This document shows, piece after piece, positions 30,001 to 44,163 of a stretch of 64,000 bases of DNA. The stretch lies in assembly GCA_964016885.1 (NCBI GenBank), contig OZ024743.1, positions 76,880,001 to 76,944,000 of the forward strand, read 5' to 3'. The notes below the pieces were generated by a model. That model saw only the letters and a program-made list of their open reading frames with translations, was not told the DNA's origin and made no database searches. A program made the position numbers and the translations under genes. This DNA comes from Eledone cirrhosa (taxonomy: Eukaryota). How positions within the stretch are numbered: position 1 is the stretch's first letter; each line of letters starts with the position of its first letter.

Positions 30001-33000
30001 CAGTGTGGTGTCTACTGTTAGAGAGACAGTGTGATGTCTACTGTTAGAGGGACAGTGTGATGTCTACTGTTAGAGACAGTGTGGTGTCTACTGTTAGAGA
30101 GAGAGTGTTATGTCTACTGTTAGAGACAGTGTGATGTCTACTGTTAGAGACAGTGTGGTATCTACTGTTAGAGAGACAGTGTGATGTCTACTGTTAGAGA
30201 GACAGTGTGGTGTCTACTGTTAGAGACAGTGTGATGTCTACTGTTAGAGAGACAGTGTGATGTCTACTCTTAGAGAGACAGTGTGATGTCTACTGTTAGA
30301 TACAGTGTGGTGTCTAGTGTTAGAGACAGTGTGATGTCTACTGTTAGAGAGACAGTGTGGTGTCTACTGTTAGAGACAGTGTGGTGTCTACTGTTAGAGA
30401 CAGTGTGATGTCTACTGTTAGAGAGACAGTGTGGTGTCTACTGTTAGAGACAGTGTGGTGTCTACTGTTAGAGAGACAGTGTGGTGTCTACTGTTAGAGA
30501 GACAGTGTGATGTCTACTGTTAGAGACAGTGTGACGTCTACTGCTAGAGACAGTGTGCTGTCTACTGTTAGAGACAGTGTGGTATCTACTGTTAGAGAGA
30601 CAGTGTGATGTCTACTGTTAGAGAGACAGTGTGGTGTCTACTGTTAGAGACAGTGTGATGTCTACTGTTAGAGAGACAGTGTGATGTCTACTCTTAGAGA
30701 GACAGTGTGATGTCTACTGTTAGATACAGTGTGGTGTCTAGTGTTAGAGACAGTGTGATATCTACTGTTAGAGAGACAGTGTGGTGTCTACTGTTAGAGA
30801 CAGTGTGGTGTCTACTGTTAGAGACAGTGTGATGTCTACTGTTAGAGAGACAGTGTGGTGTCTACTGTTAGAGACAGTGTGATGTCTACTGTTAGAGACA
30901 GTGTGATGTCTACTGTTAGAGAGACAGTGTGATCTCTACTGTTAGAGACAGTGTGATGTCTACTGTTAGAGAGACAGTGTGGTGTCTACTGTTAGAGAGA
31001 CAGTGTGGTGTCTACTGTTAGAGACAGTGTGATGTCTACTGTTAGAGACAGTGTGATGTCTACTGTTAAAGCGACAGTGTGATGTCTACTGTTAGAGACA
31101 GTGTGGTGTCTACTGTTAGAGAGACAGTGTGATGTCTACTGTTAGAGACAGTGTGATGTCTACTGTTAGAGACAGTGTGTTGTCTACTTTTAGAGAGACA
31201 GTGTGGTGTCTACTGTTAGAGACAGTGTGATGTCTACTGTTAGAGCGACAGTGTGATGTCTACTGTTAGAGACAGTGTTGTGTCTACTGTTAGAGACAGT
31301 GTGATGTCTACTGTTAGAGACAGTGAGATGTCTACTGTTAGAGAGACAGTGTGATGTCTACTGTTAGAGACAGTGTGATGTCTACTGTTAGAGAGACAGT
31401 GTGGTGTCTACTGTTAGAGACAGTGCGATGTCTACTGTTAGAGACAGTGTGATGTCTACTCTTAGAGAGACAGTGTGATGTCTACTGTTAGATACAGTGT
31501 GGTGTCTAGTGTTAGAGACAGTGTGATGTCTACTGTTAGAGACAGTGTGGTGTCTACTGTTAGAGAGACAGTGTGATGTCTACTGTTAGAGACAGTGTGG
31601 TGTCTACTGTTAGAGACAGTGTGGTGTCTACTGTTAGAGGGACAGTGTGATGTCTACTGTTAGAGAGACAGTGTGATGTCTACTGTTAGAGACAGTGTGG
31701 TGTCTACTGTTAGAGACAGTGTGATGTCTATTGTTAGAGACAGTGTGTTGTCTACTGTTAGAGACAGTGTGGTGTCTACTGTTAGAGACAGTGTGGGGTA
31801 CTACTGTTAGAGACAGTGTGATGTCTACTGTTAGAGAGACAGTGTGGTCTCTACTGTTAGAGAGACAGTGTGATGTCTACTGTTAGAGACAGTGTGACGT
31901 CTACTGCTAGAGACAGTGTGGTGTCTACTGTTAGAGACAGTGTGGTGTCTACTGTTAGAGACAGTGTGGTGTCTACTGTTAGAGAGACAGTGTGATGTCT
32001 ACTGTTAGAGACAGTGTGATGTCTACTGTTAGAGACAGTGTGACGTCTACTGCTAGAGACAGTGTGGTGTCTACTGTTAGAGACAGTGTGGTGTCTACTG
32101 TTAGAGACAGTGTGGTGTCTACTGTTAGAGAGACAGTGTGATGTCTACTGTTAGAGACAGTGTGGTGTCTACTGTTAGAGAGACAGTGTGATGTCTACTG
32201 TTAGAAACAGTGTGGTGTCTACTGTTAGAGACAGTGTGATGTCTACTGTTAGAGACAGTGTGGTGTCTACGGTTAGAGAGACAGTGTGATGTCTATTGTT
32301 AGAGACAGTGTGATGTCTACTGTTAGAGAGACAGTGTGGTGTCTACTGTTAGAGAGACAGTGTGATGTCTACTGTTAGAGACAGTGTGATGTCTACTGTT
32401 AGAGAGACAGTGTGATGTCTACTGTTAGAAACAGTGTGGTGTCTACTGTTAGAGACAGTGTGATGTCTACTGTTAGAGACAGTGTGGTGTCTACTGTTAG
32501 AGAGACAGTGTGATGTCTACTGTTAGAGACAGTGTGATGTCTACTGTTAGAGCGACAGTGTGATGTCTACTGTTAGAGACAGTGTGGTGTCTACTTTTAG
32601 AGAGACAGTGTGGTGTCTACTGTTAGAGACAGTGTGATGTCTACTGTTAGAGAGACAGTGTGGTGTCTATTGTTAGAGAGACAGTGTGATGTCTACTGTT
32701 AGAGAGACAGTGTGATGTCTACTGTTAGAGACAGTGTGATGTCTACTGTTAGAGAGACAGTGTGGTGGCTACTGTTAGAGACAGTGTGATGTCTACTGTT
32801 AGAGACAGTGTGATATCTACTGTTAGAGAGACAGTGTGATGTCTACTGTTAGAGACAGTGTGGTGTCTACTGTTAGAGAGACAGTGTGCTGTCTACTGTT
32901 AGAGACAGTGTGATGTCTACTGTTAGAGACAGTGTGATGTTTACTGTTAGAGACAGTGTGGTGTCTACTGTTAGAGACAGTGTGGTGTCTACTGTTAGAG

Positions 33001-36000
33001 ACAGTGTGATGTCTACTGTTAGAGAGACAGTGTGATGTTTACTGTTAAAGACAGTGTGATGTCTACTGTTAGAGACAGTGTGATGTCTACTGTTAGAGAC
33101 AGTGTGATGTCTACTGTTAGAGACAGTGTGGTGTCTACCGTTAGAGAGACAGTGTGATGTCTACAGTTAGAGACAGTGTGATGTCTACTGTTAGAGAGAC
33201 AGTGTGATGTCTACTGTTAGAGAGACAGTGTGGTGTCTACTGTTAGAGACAGTGTGGTGTCTACTGTTAGAGACAGTGTGGTGTCTACTGTTAGAGACAG
33301 TGTGGTGTCTACTGTTAGAGAGACAGTGTGGTGTCTACTGTTCGAGACAGTGTGGTGTCTACTGTTAGAGAGACAGTGTGGTGTCTACTGTTAGAGAGAC
33401 AGTGTGGTGTCTACTGTTAGAGACAGTGTGGTGTCTACTGTTAGAGAGACAGTGTGGTGTCTACTGTTAGAGACAGTGTGATGTCTACTGTTAGAGACAG
33501 TGTGGTGTCTACTGTTAGAGAGAGAGTGTGGTGTCTACTGTTAGAGAGACAGTGTGGTGTCTACTGTTAGAGAAAGTGTGGTGTCTACTGTTAGAGACAG
33601 TGTGGTGTCTACTGTTAGAGAGACAGTGTGATGTCTACTCTTAGAGAGACAGTGTGATGTCTACTGTTAGATACAGTGTGGTGTCTACTGTTAAAGACAG
33701 TGTGGTGTCTACTGTTAGAGACAGTGTGATGTCTACTGTTAGAGACAGTGTGATATCTACTGTTAGAGAGACAGTGTGATGTCTACTGTTAGAGACAGTG
33801 TGGTGTCTACTGTTAGAGAGACAGTGTGCTGTCTACTGTTAGAGACACCTTGGTGTCTACTGTTAAAGACAGTGTGATGTCTACTGTTAGAGAGACAGTG
33901 TGGTGTCTACAGTTAAAGACAGTGTGGTGTCTACTGTTAGAGAGACAGTGTGGTGTCTACTGTTAGAGACAGTGTGATGTCTACTGTTAGAGAGATAGTG
34001 TGGTGGCTACTGTTAGAGACAGTGTGATGTCTACTGTTAGAGACAGTGTGATATCTACTGTTAGAGAGACAGTGTGATGTCTACTGTTAGAGACAGTGTG
34101 GTGTCTACTTTTAGAGAGACAGTGTGCTGTCTACTGTTAGAGACAGTGTGGTGTCTACTGTTAAAGACAGTGTGGTGTCTACTGTTAGAGACAGTGTGAT
34201 GTCTACTGTTAGAGACAGTGTGATGTCTACTGTTAGAGAGACAGTGTGGTGTCTACTGTTATAGACAGTGTGGTGTCTACTGTTAGAGACAGTGTGGTGT
34301 CTACTTTTAAAGACAGTGTGGTGTCTACTGTTAGAGACAGTGTGATGTCTACTGTTAGAGACAGTGTGATGTCTACTGTTAGAGAGACAGTGTGGTGTCT
34401 ACTGTTAAAGACAGTGTGGTGTCTACTGTTAGAGAGACAGTGTGGTGTCTACTGTTAGAGACAGTGTGATGTCTACTGTTAGAGAGACAGTGTGATGTCT
34501 ACTGTTAGAGACAGTGTGGTGTCTACTGTTAGAGACAGTGTGGTGTCTAGTGTTAGAGACAGTGTGGTGTTTACTTTTAAAACAGTGTGGTGTCTACTGT
34601 TAGAGACAGTGTGGTGTCTTCTGTTAGAGACAGTGTGGTGTATACTGTTAGAGACAGTGTGATATCTACTGTTAGAGACAGTGTGATGTCTACTTTTAAA
34701 GACAGTGTGGTGTCTACTGTTAGAGACAGTGTGATGTCTACTGTTAGAGACAGTGTGATGTCTACTGTTAGAGAGACAGTGTGATGTCTACTGTTAGAGA
34801 CAGTGTGGTGTCTACTGTTAGAGAGACAGTGTGGTGTCTACTGTTAGAGACACTGTGATGTCTACTGTTAGAGAGACAGTGTGATGTCTACTGTTAGAGA
34901 CAGTGTGGTGTCTACTGTTAGAGACAGTGTGATGGCTACTGTTAGAGACAGTGTGGTGTCTACTGTTAGAGACAGTATGATGTCTACTGTTAGAGAGACA
35001 GTGTGATGTCTACTGTTAGAGACAGTGTGATGTCTACTGTTAGAAACAGTGTGGTGTCTACTCTTACAGAGACAGTGTGGTGTCTACTGTTAGAGACAGT
35101 GTGATGTCTACTGTTAGAGACAGTGTGATGTCTACTGTTAGAGAGGAAGTGTGATGTCTACTGTTAGAGAGACAGTGTGGTGTCTACTGTTAGAGAGACA
35201 ATGTGATGTCTCCTGTTAGAGACAGTGTGATGTCTACTGTTAGAGAGAGAGTGTCATGTCTACTGTTAGAGACAGTGTGGTTTCTACTGTTAGAGACAGT
35301 GTGATGTCTACTGTTAGAGAGACAGTGTGATGTCTACTGTTAGAGACTGTGTGATGTCTACTGTTAGAGACAGTGTGGTGTCTACTGTTAGAGAGACAGT
35401 GTGGTGTCTACTGTTAGAGACAGTGTGGTGTCTTCTGTTAGAGACAGTGTGGTGTATACTGTTAGAGACAGTGTGATATATACTGTTAGAGACAGTGTGA
35501 TGTCTACTTTTAAAGACAGTGTGGTGTCTACTGTTAGAGACAGTGTGATGTCTACTGTTAGAGACAGTGTGATGTCTACTGTTAGAGAGACAGTGTGATG
35601 TCTACTGTTAGAGACAGTGTGGTGTCTACTGTTAGAGAGACAGTGTGGTGTCTACTGTTAGAGACACTGTGATGTCTACTGTTAGAGAGACAGTGTGATG
35701 TCTACTGTTAGAGACAGTGTGGTGTCTACTGTTAGAGACAGTGTGATGGCTACTGTTAGAGACAGTGTGGTGTCTACTGTTAGAGACAGTATGATGTCTA
35801 CTGTTAGAGAGACAGTGTGATGTCTACTGTTAGAGACAGTGTGATGTCTACTGTTAGAAACAGTGTGGTGTCTACTCTTACAGAGACAGTGTGGTGTCTA
35901 CTGTTAGAGACAGTGTGATGTCTACTGTTAGAGACAGTGTGATGTCTACTGTTAGAGAGGAAGTGTGATGTCTACTGTTAGAGAGACAGTGTGGTGTCTA

Positions 36001-39000
36001 CTGTTAGAGAGACAATGTGATGTCTACTGTTAGAGACAGTGTGATGTCTACTGTTAGAGAGAGAGTGTCATGTCTACTGTTAGAGACAGTGTGGTTTCTA
36101 CTGTTAGAGACAGTGTGATGTCTACTGTTAGAGAGACAGTGTGATGTCTACTGTTAGAGACTGTGTGATGTCTACTGTTAGAGACAGTGTGGTGTCTACT
36201 GTTAGAGAGACAGTGTGGTGTCTACTGTTAGAGACAGTGTGATGTCTACTGTTAGAGACAGTGTGATGTCTACTGATAGAGAGACAGTGTGATGTCTACT
36301 GTTAGAGACAGTGTGATGTCTACTGTTAGAGAGACAGTGTGGTGTCTACTGTTAGAGACAGTGTGATGTCTACTGTTAGAGAGACAGTGTGATGTCTACT
36401 GTTAGAGAGACAGTGTGATGTCTACTGTTAGAGAGAGTGTGGTGTCTACTGTTAGAGACAGTGTGATGTTTACTGTTAGAGAGACAGTGTGATGTCTACT
36501 GTTAGAGACAGTGTGGTGTCTACTCTTAGAGAGACAGTGTGATGTCTACTGTTAGAGACAGTGTGGTGTCTACTGTTAGAGAGACAGTGTGGTGTCTACT
36601 GTTAGAGACAGTGTGGTGTCTACTGTTAGAGACAGTGTGATGTCTACTGTCAGAGACAGTGTGATGTCTACTGTTAGAGACAGTGTGATGTTTACTGTTA
36701 AAGACAGTGTGATGTCTACTGTTAGAGACAGTGTGATGTCTACTGTTAGAGTGACAGTGTGATGTCTACTGTTAGAGACAGTGTGATGTCTACTGTTAAA
36801 GACAGTGTGGTGTCTACTGTTAGAGAGACAGTGTGATGTCTACTGTTAGAGACAGTGTGATGTCCATTGTTAGAGACAGTGTGATGTCTACTATTAGAGA
36901 CAGTGTGGTGTCTACTGTTAGAGACAGTGTGGTGTCTACTGTTAGAGACAGTGTGGTGTCTACTGTTAGAGACAGTGTGATGTCTACTGTTAGAGAGGCA
37001 GTGTGATGTCTACTGTTAGAGAGACAGTGTGGTGTCTACTGTTAGATAGACAGTGTGATGTCTACTGTTAGAGACAGTGTGATGTCTACTGTTAGAGAGA
37101 CAGTGTGATGTCTACTGTTAGAGAGAATGTGGTGTCTACTGTTAGAGACAGTGTGATGTCTACTGTTAGAGAGACAGTGTGATGTCTACTGTTAGAGACA
37201 GTGTGGTGTCTACTGTTAGAGACAGTGTGATGTCCATTGTTAGAGACAGTGTGATGTCTACTATTAGAGACAGTGTGATGTCTACTGTGAGAGACAGTGT
37301 GACGTCTACTGCTAGAGACAGTGTGGTGTCTACTGTTAGAGACAGTGTGGTGTCTACTGTTAGAGACAGTGTGGTGTCTACTGTTAGAGAGACAGTGTGA
37401 TGTCTACTGTTAGAGCGACAGTGTGATGTCTACTGTTAGAGACAGTGTGGTATCTACTGTTAGAGAGACAGTGTGATGTCTACTGTTAGAGAGACAGTGT
37501 GATGTCTACTCTTAGAGAGACAGTGTGATGTCTACTGTTAGATACAGTGTGGTGTCTAGTGCTAGAGACAGTGTGATGTCTACTGTTAGAGAGACAGTGT
37601 GGTGTCTACTGTTAGAGACAGTGTGATGTCTACTGTTAGAGAGACAGTGTGGTGTCTACTGTTAGAGACAGTGTGATGTCTACTGTTAGAGACAGTGTGA
37701 TGTCTACTGTTAGAGAGACAGTGTGATGTCTACTGTTAGAGACAGTGTGATGTCTACTGTTAGAGAGACAGTGTGGTGTCTACTGTTAGAGAGACAGTCT
37801 GGTGTCTACTGTTAGAGACAGTGTGATGTCTACTGTTAGAGACAGTGTGATGTCTACTGTTAAAGCGACAGTGTGATGTCTACTGTTAGAGACAGTATGG
37901 TGTCTACTGTTAGAGAGACAGTGTGATGTCTACTGTTAGAGACAGTATGATGTCTACTGTTAGAGACAGTGTGTTGTCTACTTTTAGAGAGACAGTGTGG
38001 TGTTTACTGTTAGAGACAGTGTGATGTCTACTGTTAGAGCGACAGTGTGATGTCTACTGTTAGAGACATTGTTGTGTCTACTGTTAGAGACAGTGTGATG
38101 TCTACTGTTAGAGACAGTGAGATGTCTACTGTTAGAGAGACAGTGTGATGTCTACTGTTAGAGACAGTGTGGTGTCTACTGTTAGAGAGACAGTGTGGTG
38201 TCTACTGTTAGAGAGACAGTGTGGTGTCTACTGTTAGAGACAGTGTGGTGTCTACTGTTAGAGAGACAGTGTGGTGTCTACTGTTAGAGAGACAATGTGA
38301 TGTCTACTGTTAGAGACAGTGTGATGTCTACTGTTAGAGAGACAGTGTGATGTCTACTGTTAGAGACTGTGTGATGTCTACTGTTAGAGACAGTGTGGTG
38401 TCTACTGTTAGAGAGACAGTGTGGTGTCTACTGTTAGAGACAGTGTGATGTCTACTGTTAGAGACAGTGTGATATCTACTGATAGAGAGACAGTGTGATA
38501 TCTACTGTTAGAGAGACAGTGTGATGTCTACTGTTAGAGACAGTGTGGTGTCTACTGTTAGAGAGACAATGTGCTGTCTACTGTTAGAGACACCTTGGTG
38601 TCTACTGTTAAAGACAGTGTGGTGTCTACTGTTAGAGACAGTGTGATGTCTACTGTTAGAGAGACAGTGTGGTGTCTACAGTTAAAGACAGTGTGGTGTC
38701 TACTGTTAGAGAGACAGTGTGGTGTCTACTGTTAGAGACAGTGTGATGTCTACTGTTAGAGAGACAGTGTGGTGGCTACTGTTAGAGACAGTGTGATGTC
38801 TACTGTTAGAGACAGTGTGATATCTACTGTTAGAGAGACAGTGTGATGTCTACTGTTAGAGACAGTGTGGTGTCTACTGTTAGAGAGACAGTGTGCTGTC
38901 TACTGTTAGAGACAGTGTGGTGTCTACTGTTAAAGACAGTGTGGTGTCTACTGTTAGAGACAGTGTGATGTCTACTGTTAGAGACAGTGTGATGTCTACT

Positions 39001-42000
39001 GTTAGAGAGACAGTGTGGTGTCTACTGTTAAAGACAGTGTGGTGTCTACTGTTAGAGAGACAGTGTGGTGTCTACTGTTAGAGACAGTGTGGTGTCTACT
39101 GTTAGAGACAGTGTGGTGTCTACTTTTAAAGACAGTGTGGTGTCTACTGTTAGAGACAGTGTGATGTCTACTGTTAGAGACAGTGTGATGTCTACTGTTA
39201 GAGAGACATTGTGGTGTCTACTGTTAAAGACAGTGTGGTGTCTACTGTTAGAGAGACAGTGTGGTGTCTACTGTTAGAGACAGTGTGATGTCTACTGTTA
39301 GAGAGACAGTGTGATGTCTACTGTTAGAGACAGTGTGGTGTCTACTGTTAGAGACAGTGTGGTGTCTAGTGTTAGAGACAGTGTGGTGTCTACTTTTAAA
39401 GACAGTGTGGTGTCTACTGTTAGAGACAGTGTGATGTCTACTGTTAGAGAGACAGTGTGATGTCTACTGTTAGAGACAGTGTGGTGTCTACTGTTAGAGA
39501 GACAGTGTGGTGTCTACTGTTAGAGACACTGTGATGTCTACTGTTAGAGAGACAGTGTGATGTCTACTGTTAGAGACAGTGTGGTGTCTACTGTTAGAGA
39601 CAGTGTGATGTCTACTGTTAGAGACAGTGTGGTGTCTACTGTCAGAGAGACAGTGTGGTGTCTACTGTTAGAGACAGTGTGATGTCTACTGTTAGAGACA
39701 GTGTGGTGTCTACTGTTAGAGAGACAGTGTGATGTCTACTGTTAGAGACAGTGTGGTGTCTACTGTTAGAGACAGTGTGATGTCTACTGTTAGAGAGACA
39801 GTGTGGTGTCTACTGTTAGAGACAGTGTGATGTCTACTGTTAGAGACAGTGTGGTGTCTACTGTTAGAGACAGTGTGATGTCTACTGTTAGTGACAGTGT
39901 GGTGTCTACTGTTAGAGAGACAGTGTGGTGTCTACTGTTAGAGAGACAGTGTGGTGTCTACTGTTAGAGACAGTGTGGTGTCTACTGTTAGAGACAGTGT
40001 GGTGTCTACTGTTAGAGAGACAGTGTGATGTCTACTCTTAGAGAGACAGTGTGATGTCTACTGTTAGATACAGTGTGGTGTCTACTGTTAAAGACAGTGT
40101 GGTGTCTACTGTTAGAGACAGTGTGATGTCTACTGTTAGAGACAGTGTGATATCTACTGTTAGAGAGACAGTGTGATGTCTACTGTTAGAGACAGTGTGG
40201 TGTCTACTGTTAGAGAGACAGTGTGCTGTCTACTGTTAGATACACCGTGGTGTCTACTGTTAAAGACAGTGTGGTGTCTACTGTTAGAGACAGTGTGATG
40301 TCTACTGTTAGAGAGACAGTGTGATGTCTACTGTTAAAGACAGTGTGGTGTCTACTGTTAGAGACACAGTGTGGTGTCTACTGTTAGAGACAGTGTGATG
40401 TCTACTGTTAGAGAGACAGTGTGGTGGCTACTGTTAGAGACAGTGTGATGTCTACTGTTAGAGACAGTGTGATATCTACTGTTAGAGAGACAGTGTGATG
40501 TCTACTGTTAGGGACAGTGTGGTGTCTACTGTTAGAGAGACAGTGTGCTGTCTACTGTTAGAGACAGTGTGGTGTCTACTGTTAGAGAGACAGTGTGGTG
40601 TCTACTGTTAGAGAGACAGTGTGGTGTCTACTGTTAGAGACAGTGTGGTGTCTACTGTTAGAGAGACAGTGTGGTGTCTACTGTTAGAGACAGTGTGATG
40701 TCTACTGTTAGAGACAGTGTGGTGTCTACTGTTAGAGAGACAGTGTGGTGTCTACTGTTAGAGAGACAGTGTGGTGGCTACTGTTAGAGACAGTGTGGTG
40801 TCTACTGTTAGAGACAGTGTGGTGTCTACTGTTAGAGAGACAGTGTGATGTCTACTCTTAGAGAGACTGTGTGATGTCTACTGTTAGATACAGTGTGGTG
40901 TCTACTGTTAAAGACAGTGTGGTGTCTACTGTTAGAGACAGTGTGATGTCTACTGTTAGAGACAGTGTGATATCTACTGTTAGAGAGACAGTGTGATGTC
41001 TACTGTTAGAGACAGTGTGGTGTCTACTGTTAGAGAGACAGTGTGCTGTCTACTGTTAGAGACACCGTGGTGTCTACTGTTAAAGACAGTGTGGTGTCTA
41101 CTGTTAGAGACAGTGTGGTGTCTACTGTTAGAGAGACAGTGTGATGTCTACTGTTAGAGACAGTGTGGTGTCTACTGTTAGAGAGACAGTGTGGTGTCTA
41201 CTGTTAGAGACACTGTGATGTCTACTGTTAGAGAGACAGTGTGATGTCTACTGTTAGAGACAGTGTGGTGTCTACTGTTAGAGACAGTGTGATGTCTACT
41301 GTTAGAGACAGTGTGGTGTCTACTGTCAGAGAGACAGTGTGGTGTCTACTGTTAGAGACAGTGTGATGTCTACTGTTAGAGACAGTGTGGTGTCTACTGT
41401 TAGAGAGACAGTGTGATGTCTACTGTTAGAGACAGTGTGGTGTCTACTGTTAGAGACAGTGTGATGTCTACTGTTAGAGAGACAGTGTGGTGTCTACTGT
41501 TAGAGACAGTGTGATGTCTACTGTTAGAGACAGTGTGGTGTCTACTGTTAGAGACAGTGTGATGTCTACTGTTAGTGACAGTGTGGTGTCTACTGTTAGA
41601 GAGACAGTGTGCTGTCTACTGTTAGAGACAGTGTGGTGTCTACTGTTAGAGAGACAGTGTGGTGTCTACTGTTAGAGAGACAGTGTGGTGTCTACTGTTA
41701 GAGACAGTGTGGTGTCTACTGTTAGAGAGACAGTGTGGTGTCTACTGTTAGAGACAGTGTGATGTCTACTGTTAGAGACAGTGTGGTGTCTACTGTTAGA
41801 GAGACAGTGTGGTGTCTACTGTTAGAGAGACAGTGTGGTGGCTACTGTTAGAGACAGTGTGGTGTCTACTGTTAGAGACAGTGTGGTGTCTACTGTTAGA
41901 GAGACAGTGTGATGTCTACTCTTAGAGAGACTGTGTGATGTCTACTGTTAGATACAGTGTGGTGTCTACTGTTAAAGACAGTGTGGTGTCTACTGTTAGA

Positions 42001-43521
42001 GACAGTGTGATGTCTACTGTTAGAGACAGTGTGATATCTACTGTTAGAGAGACAGTGTGATGTCTACTGTTAGAGACAGTGTGGTGTCTACTGTTAGAGA
42101 GACAGTGTGCTGTCTACTGTTAGAGACACCGTGGTGTCTACTGTTAAAGACAGTGTGGTGTCTACTGTTAGAGACAGTGTGGTGTCTACTGTTAGAGAGA
42201 CAGTGTGATGTCTACTGTTAGAGACAGTGTGATGTCTACTGTTAGAGCGACAGTGTGATGTCTACTGTTAGAGACAGTGTGGTGTCTACTTTTAGAGAGA
42301 CAGTGTGGTGTCTACTGTTAGAGACAGTGTGATGTCTACTGTTAGAGAGACAGTGTGGTGTCTATTGTTAGAGAGACAGTGTGATGTCTACTGTTAGAGA
42401 GATAGTGTGATGTCTACTGTTAGAGACAGTGTGATGTCTACTGTTAGAGAGACAGTGTGGTGGCTACTGTTAGAGACAGTGTGATGTCTACTGTTAGAGA
42501 CAGTGTGATATCTACTGTTAGAGAGACAGTGTGATGTCTACTGTTAGAGACAGTGTGGTGTCTACTGTTAGAGAGACAGTGTGCTGTCTACTGTTAGAGA
42601 CAGTGTGATGTCTACTGTTAGAGACAGTGTGATGTTTACTGTTAGAGACAGTGTGGTGTCTACTGTTAGAGACAGTGTGGTGTCTACTGTTAGAGACAGT
42701 GTGATGTCTACTGTTAGAGAGACAGTGTGATGTTTACTGTTAAAGACAGTGTGATGTCTACTGTTAGAGACAGTGTGATGTCTACTGTTAGAGACAGTGT
42801 GATGTCTACTGTTAGAGACAGTGTGATATCTACTGTTAGAGAGACAGTGTGATGTCTACTGTTAGAGACAGTGTGGTGTCTACTGTTAGAGAGACAGTGT
42901 GCTGTCTGCTGTTAGAGACAGTGTGGTGTCTACTGTTAAAGACAGTGTGGTGTCTACTGTTAGAGACAGTGTGATGTCTACTGTTAGAGACAGTGTGATG
43001 TCTACTGTTAGAGAGACAGTGTGGTGTCTACTGTTAAAGACAGTGTGGTGTCTACTGTTAGAGATACAGTGTGGTGTCTACTGTTAGAGACAGTGTGGTG
43101 TCTACTGTTAGAGACAGTGTGGTGTCTACTGTTAGAGACAGTGTGGTGTCTACTTTTAAAGACAGTGTGGTGTCTACTGTTAGAGACAGTGTGATGTCTA
43201 CTGTTAGAGACAGTGTGATGTCTACTGTTAGAGAGACAGTGTGGTGTCTACTGTTAAAGACAGTGTGGTGTGTACTGTTAGAGAGACAGTGTGGTGTCTA
43301 CTGTTAGAGACAGTGTGGTGTCTACTGTTAGAGACAGTGTGGTGTCTACTTTTAAAGACAGTGTGGTGTCTACTGTTAGAGACAGTGTGGTGTCTACTGT
43401 TAGAGACAGTGTGATGTTTACTGTTAAAGCCAGCGTGATGTCTACTGTTAGAGACAGTTTGGTGTCTACTGTTAAAGACAGTGTGATGTCTACTGTTAGA
43501 GACAGTATGGTGTCTACTGTT
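1..43521. repeat. Satellite DNA array, 24/26-bp monomer GTCTACTGTTAGAGA(GA)CAGTGTG(A/G)T, about 1,750 copies, continuing past the left window edge
   Basis: Uninterrupted head-to-tail monomers in one orientation. Two main polymorphisms (an extra GA; GAT vs GGT) plus sporadic substitutions. The last monomers decay at 43400-43540. Copy number is estimated from length. Confidence 0.99.
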
Positions 43522-43595
43522 TGAACTAGACAAGTGTGCTAATAGTTGGTGGACAAATTCACAGCTAAATGGCGTTAAAGAAGTGTATTCTTATT

Positions 43596-43747
43596 TGGTT
43601 GGCAGAGCCGTTAGAGAGTCGGACACCATTCTCTGCAGCATAGAGTTATGGATCTTTACGTTCTGAGCTCAAATATCGCCGAAGTTAGCTTTGCTTTTCA
43701 TCCTTACGACGTCGATAAAATAAAATACCAGTCATGCACTGGAGTCT
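43596..43747 (+). mobile_element. tRNA-derived SINE, diverged and 3'-incomplete copy
   Basis: A-box-like TGGCAGAGCCG, decayed B box GAGCTCAAAT, and the core TTTCATCCTTACGACGTCGATAAAATAAAATACCAGT shared with other copies in the window. Confidence 0.8.
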
Positions 43748-43995
43748 CTACAGTGGTGGTATTCAATGCCCACGTCTCACTTCTATAAATTATCACTAGC
43801 AGAATTTATTCGTTAAACAGTTTTCTTGTAGTTCCGAATGTTGACTTGGGGCTTTGAGTGATGTTATAAACTTTCCCCAAAAGCCGGCCAGCCAAGCACA
43901 ATCATTCCTTTCACCTCCGAATAACTATAAACAATTTAAATCAAGGTTTTGTTCTGTAGAACCAGGGCGGTTAATGTTCAATTTGAATAAATAAT

Positions 43996-44163
43996 TGTTT
44001 CTACTTTAGGCACAAATAATTGTTTCTACTTTATTTAATCGACCCCGTAAGGATGAAAGGCAAAGTTAACCTCGGCGGGATTTGAACTCAGACTGTAAAG
44101 GGACGTAACTATGCTAGAACGCATGGCGTCCAACCCTCTACCGATACTGCCAATTCATCACCC
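43996..44163 (-). mobile_element. tRNA-derived SINE with internal deletion and 18-bp target-site duplication
   Basis: Minus-strand A box TGGCAGTATCGG and B box GAGTTCAAATCCC. Direct repeat TCAATTTGAATAAATAAT at 43978-43995 and 44164-44181. Confidence 0.9.

Noticed and set aside
1-43521. CRISPR array (short 24-26 bp repeats)
   Set aside because: Monomers are contiguous with no unique spacers, there are no cas genes, and the context is eukaryotic.
855-43533. Many short ORFs encoding (V/M)STVRDSV or SRHHTVSN repeats
   Set aside because: They arise because 24 is a multiple of 3. The 26-bp monomers break the frame irregularly and most starts are GTG or TTG.
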